In this document: positions 60,431 to 64,000 of the stretch, piece after piece
How positions within the stretch are numbered: position 1 is the stretch's first letter
Layout of the letters: each line of letters begins with the position of its first letter
NCBI GenBank assembly: GCA_001687465.1
Contig: LVLI01000040.1
Span: forward strand, 1 to 64,000
Direction of reading: 5' to 3'
Length of the DNA stretch: 64,000 bases
Source: Halocafeteria seosinensis
Taxonomy: Eukaryota
Notes under the pieces: model-generated
Seen by the model: the letters and a program-made list of their open reading frames with translations, nothing else
Told to the model about the DNA's origin: nothing
The model's database searches: none
Made by a program: the position numbers and the translations under genes

Positions 60431-61401
60431 ATGAGTGAAGAAGATAAGAACAAAGAGCAGGAAGTGGCTGCGTCCACCTCTCAGATACAGGATGCTGTAA
60501 GTGATATGTACCGAGAGCACATGCCGTGAATGGTTTTGCCATTCTACATGAAAAGAGCCCTTACTCTCCGTGTCATGGCGTATTTAGACTTATTCGTGTT
60601 CTTTTTCTTGGTTATACAGGATGTGCAAGCTATGTTTGATCCCTCCAAAAAGAAAAAGAAGAAGAAAGCCAACCGTAAAGAGCGTAAGTGGACTTCCCAG
60701 AAGACAGACACCTCCCCTCATGGTGTGCCATACGAGACTCTTTCCTTGTCTCCCTGAGCAGTGGCTGAAGGATTAGTACCAGAACAAGGGTTTTCCTCAG
60801 TTCCAGTCGAGTTTGCGCCAGACGTGGACGATGGAGAAGAAGAGCCGACGTATGAAGAGGTACGGGGTTTGTACTCGCTTTATCCTGTTTCCTGCGTGTG
60901 TGGTGAGTTACAGAGCATGGTTTGCAGATGCTAGAAAAGGGCTATAATGAAGTGCTGAAGAATAATCCTCAGTTGACTAGCAAATCACGCAAGAAATTGA
61001 AACCTCCTCAGGTTGCGCGAGTGGGTACTACTCGTACTGCTTGGACGAACTTTGGTGAAATCTGCGACTCACTTAAGCGCGATTTAAACCACGTTATGAC
61101 ATTTTACTTATCAGAATTGGGTACAACAGGATCTATTGATGGAAAAAGACAGCTCGTCATTAAGGGAAGGCTGCAAGCCAAGTATATGGAGTCCTTACTG
61201 CGCAAGTACATTAGCGAATACGTGACATGTCGAATGTGCCGGTCGTTGGAAACAGAGTTAACGAGAGAGCCGACAACTCGATTATATTTTATGACCTGCA
61301 AAACTTGCGGTTCAAACAGGTCGGTACAAGCTATCAGAACAGGTTTCCAAGCTGTTGCTCGAGGAGAAAGACGGCGCGCTCGAATGGCTGCTCAATCATA
61401 A
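60431..61401 (+). CDS. EIF2S2: Translation initiation factor eIF2 beta subunit (4 exons)
   Basis: Exons 60431-60496, 60620-60683, ~60762-60859 and 60928-61401. Poly-Lys box FDPSKKKKKKK, then PPQVARVGTTRTAWTNF, ELGTTGSIDG and the zinc ribbon CRMC..CKTC. Confidence 0.95.
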
Positions 61402-62708
61402 TTGGTGTTGTTTTGGTTGCTAGGGACTGTTGTATCACCTTCATTCTCACTATCATCTTCATCGACGAATTGAAATCGCACGCTCTTTGAACTTGAAACT
61501 GTACTATCTGTACCCTGCTTTCGAGCGTTTGTTTGAAGGCTTGTGGAGCACTGTTTATCCTCGTTGTGGAAACTAGTTTGAGCAAGTTCCCTCATTGCTT
61601 CCAACCGGTTCTGCGCCGTGGTATCTCCTGCCTTCATAGTATCTGCGATGAACTCATCCTCTTCTTCAGTATCTAGTGCACCTGTTTCTTCTGTATCTGT
61701 TGCCTCTTCCTCATCATCCAACAGCACGTCTACTGGTCGTGCAGCCTGTTGATACTCAATAAATTTCTGTGGTAGCGGGGCAGTCACATTTAACCGTATG
61801 TTCCGGACCTCCTTGAGAAACTTAACAGAATGAGAGTGCAGCATGACACGCTCAGCAGAGTTTCTCGCATGGATCTCCTCTTCATAGCCGTATAAATAAT
61901 CACCGACGATTGGGTAGCCCAAGTGAGAGAGATGAACGCGAATCTGATGGGTTCTCCCGGTGTTTAGCACACAGTCTACTACAGCATAGCCCTTCCCCTG
62001 AGCCACTATAGACACTACTGTGCGCGCCGTCTTGCCGTTGCCTGAGACTTTGAATTTCCACGGGTGATTATGATCCCGAGCGATTGGTCCTCGAACGGTC
62101 TTGAAATTCCAGGGTGGGTTACCTTGTACAATTGCTCGATAACGTCGCTCAACTGTACCATCGGTCCAGGCCTCCTGAAGATGTGGCATTAAACTGCGCT
62201 TCAGCACAAATACTGAAACCCCCGATGTAATCCTATCCAGCCGATGGATCATTTTAACAAAGCCGGGGAGTCCATTGTAGTGTAGCGCCAGTAGAGTTTT
62301 GACTTCGTGCTCCAGTGGGCTCTGTTGCTCTCTTGGCTCCTCTTCAGAGGACTCTTTTAGTTGGGATAGTTTTCCAACAGGCTTATTCACCGCTAGAAAC
62401 CATTTGTTGAGTTTGAGTACCTCAAAGTCAAAGTGTGCATTTTGCCGTGATTCGGCGTCTGGGACAGCATCCAGTGGGACTTCCACCACTTCGTACCCTT
62501 GCACTTCCTTGCTTAATTTTTTCGTTTTCTTTCCATTGACCGCGACTTTATTGTTGCTAATCAAATCCCGAGTCCGTCGCCGAGAAATCCCCGAAACATG
62601 AGCCAATGCCTTATCTAACCTCTGTGTAGCGTCCACAAGTGCTTCCGGAATGACATACCGACGCGTTCTCCGGGCGATGTTCACCAAGTGCGTCCGTAGC
62701 TGGCTCAT
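61392..62708 (-). CDS. RluA/RluD-family pseudouridine synthase with S4 domain, probably organelle-targeted
   Basis: Arg-rich N-terminal presequence-like segment, S4-like RLDKAL..SRRRTRDLI, then VNKPVG, HRLDRITSG, TGRTHQIRVHLSHLGYPIVGD and MLHS motifs. Confidence 0.92.
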   Translation of the reverse strand: MSQLRTHLVNIARRTRRYVIPEALVDATQRLDKALAHVSGISRRRTRDLISNNKVAVNGKKTKKLSKEVQGYEVVEVPLDAVPDAESRQNAHFDFEVLKLNKWFLAVNKPVGKLSQLKESSEEEPREQQSPLEHEVKTLLALHYNGLPGFVKMIHRLDRITSGVSVFVLKRSLMPHLQEAWTDGTVERRYRAIVQGNPPWNFKTVRGPIARDHNHPWKFKVSGNGKTARTVVSIVAQGKGYAVVDCVLNTGRTHQIRVHLSHLGYPIVGDYLYGYEEEIHARNSAERVMLHSHSVKFLKEVRNIRLNVTAPLPQKFIEYQQAARPVDVLLDDEEEATDTEETGALDTEEEDEFIADTMKAGDTTAQNRLEAMRELAQTSFHNEDKQCSTSLQTNARKQGTDSTVSSSKSVRFQFVDEDDSENEGDTTVPSNQNNTNYD

Positions 62709-64000
62709 TCACTTGTCTTGCTGAAGCCACATTACACGACTCTTAAAATGGATAACTAAGCCACTCTCGACTCATTTAGGACGACAATTCTACCACTACC
62801 GGTAATGTGAAGCTCATGGCCAACTAACTTCACATGGTGTTACACCCGAAGCCATGAGTCATGACCCATGAGGAAGCGTACAACATTTGCCAAGTGTGTG
62901 GTGACACCACGATCTCAATGTTTTTACGCTACGGGAACTACGAGCCTTACATCTAGTGGAAACAGCTGGGGAGGGGTGTGCTGTGCCACCTTGTTTGCCA
63001 GGAGTATTGAGTATTGCAGGTACAACCGGTACAACCAGAACGTGGTATTGGCTATTGGATGATCGTTGTACAGTGTTACGCTGGCTGGAAGTAGATGGAA
63101 AATTCACAATGGCTCCAAATATCTCGTTAGGGTCCAATAAATCCCAATAACCCTGCTCAGAGTACAATGACACCTCGGACGAATACCCCCTCGTCGGTGG
63201 CACAGCGTTTCGCACATTGTATACAAGAAGCGTTACTCACTGTATTGTGACACAATGTTGTCAATGTTCCACGCTATGCGAACTACTAGCTTCTTGTGAA
63301 AGCAGCGGGGCTGACTGAACTTCGGGTGCTAAAGTCCGTCTTCATTGTGCAATCACGATTACCCAGAAGTTCATGAGTCGCCCAACACTGTGTTGGCATA
63401 TTCAACCCCATGAAGCTGTGCCTGTGTGATACTGAAGTATAGATTGCCGTAGTAGAGTCCTTTTAAGAATCTTGGACCCCGGTATCGGCGGTATGCTTCG
63501 TCGCATGAACTTCACGTGCACGACTCAAGAGCTGTGAGTCATGACCACTGACGCTGTTTGGATTGGTGTGAAAGGATAACACGAGAAGGAAGGAAACCCT
63601 CATTTGGTCAATATTCACATAGTGTGCCTCGCAATTAGCCAAACTGTCGTAGACTTGCAAATCATGCCGACGGTAAGTGTTGTGTTCCAGCTGTGTTCTG
63701 CACTCCCCTTGGTGCCGTGTTGGAATTCCCTGATTTCATGCATACACATCTGTTCTTTCCCTTCAAACTTCGTGGGTGCAGTCGGGAACGCACTATGATG
63801 CTGCAAAGCAAACTTCAGAGCCACATTCTTACGAAGGAGGTCGTAGTGGCAGAACCACTACCCAGGTGAAAGAATTCCATGGAACTCACGAACCTCCGCG
63901 TACTGGCTTCAAGGCAGGGAAGATCTACTACCGAAGCGCCACGCGGTCGTTTTATCTGTGTTGTGCGTCTTCGGTGTACTGTTTCCGGATCGATAAAAAT

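Noticed and set aside
62800..64000. Possible 3' exons of a minus-strand gene entering from the window edge
   Set aside because: Some splice-like signals exist, but I could not assemble a consistent frame or recognise a product.
1..64000. Non-standard genetic code or stop-codon readthrough to explain the fragmented ORFs
   Set aside because: Conserved genes assemble in phase with canonical GT-AG introns and end in TAA, TAG or TGA, so no recoding is needed.

Overview
Compact, intron-rich eukaryotic DNA (canonical GT-AG introns, mostly ~60-110 nt) from a flagellated, probably phagotrophic protist. Gene content and style suggest a heterotrophic stramenopile-type organism, but that is an inference. 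The ORF track mostly shows exon fragments, so I assembled gene models by reading splice sites. Housekeeping and metabolic genes: GNPDA, Sec12-like, CTL/SLC44-like, PGM3/AGM1, SmD3, V-ATPase Ac45/Voa1-like, RPS11, eIF2-beta, RluA/RluD-type pseudouridine synthase and a possible KNL1/Spc105. Also present are two Dictyostelium cAMP-receptor-like GPCR paralogs, three probable axonemal genes (SPAG17/PF6-like and two ODA docking-complex-like), two sedolisin (S53) paralogs and an atypical GH28. Most notable: (1) a tandem array of single-pass surface receptors (two long ORFs plus one pseudogene) built from an unrecognised duplicated ~190-aa Trp-rich beta domain, Cys-rich repeats, a Ser/Thr stalk and a conserved unrecognised cytoplasmic tail; (2) a cytosolic GH36 alpha-galactosidase with a ~430-aa insert carrying an RxENxxWR motif and kinase-type sites like those in sucrose-phosphate synthase and DUF1752 proteins; (3) a 513-bp hAT-type element with perfect 15-bp TIRs and an 8-bp TSD just upstream of one receptor, and a 44-bp perfect palindrome bounded by an 8-bp direct repeat upstream of another. 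Decayed sequences include a CRE/RLE-type retrotransposon, a bacterial-type GNAT, a carboxylesterase and an LRR fragment.
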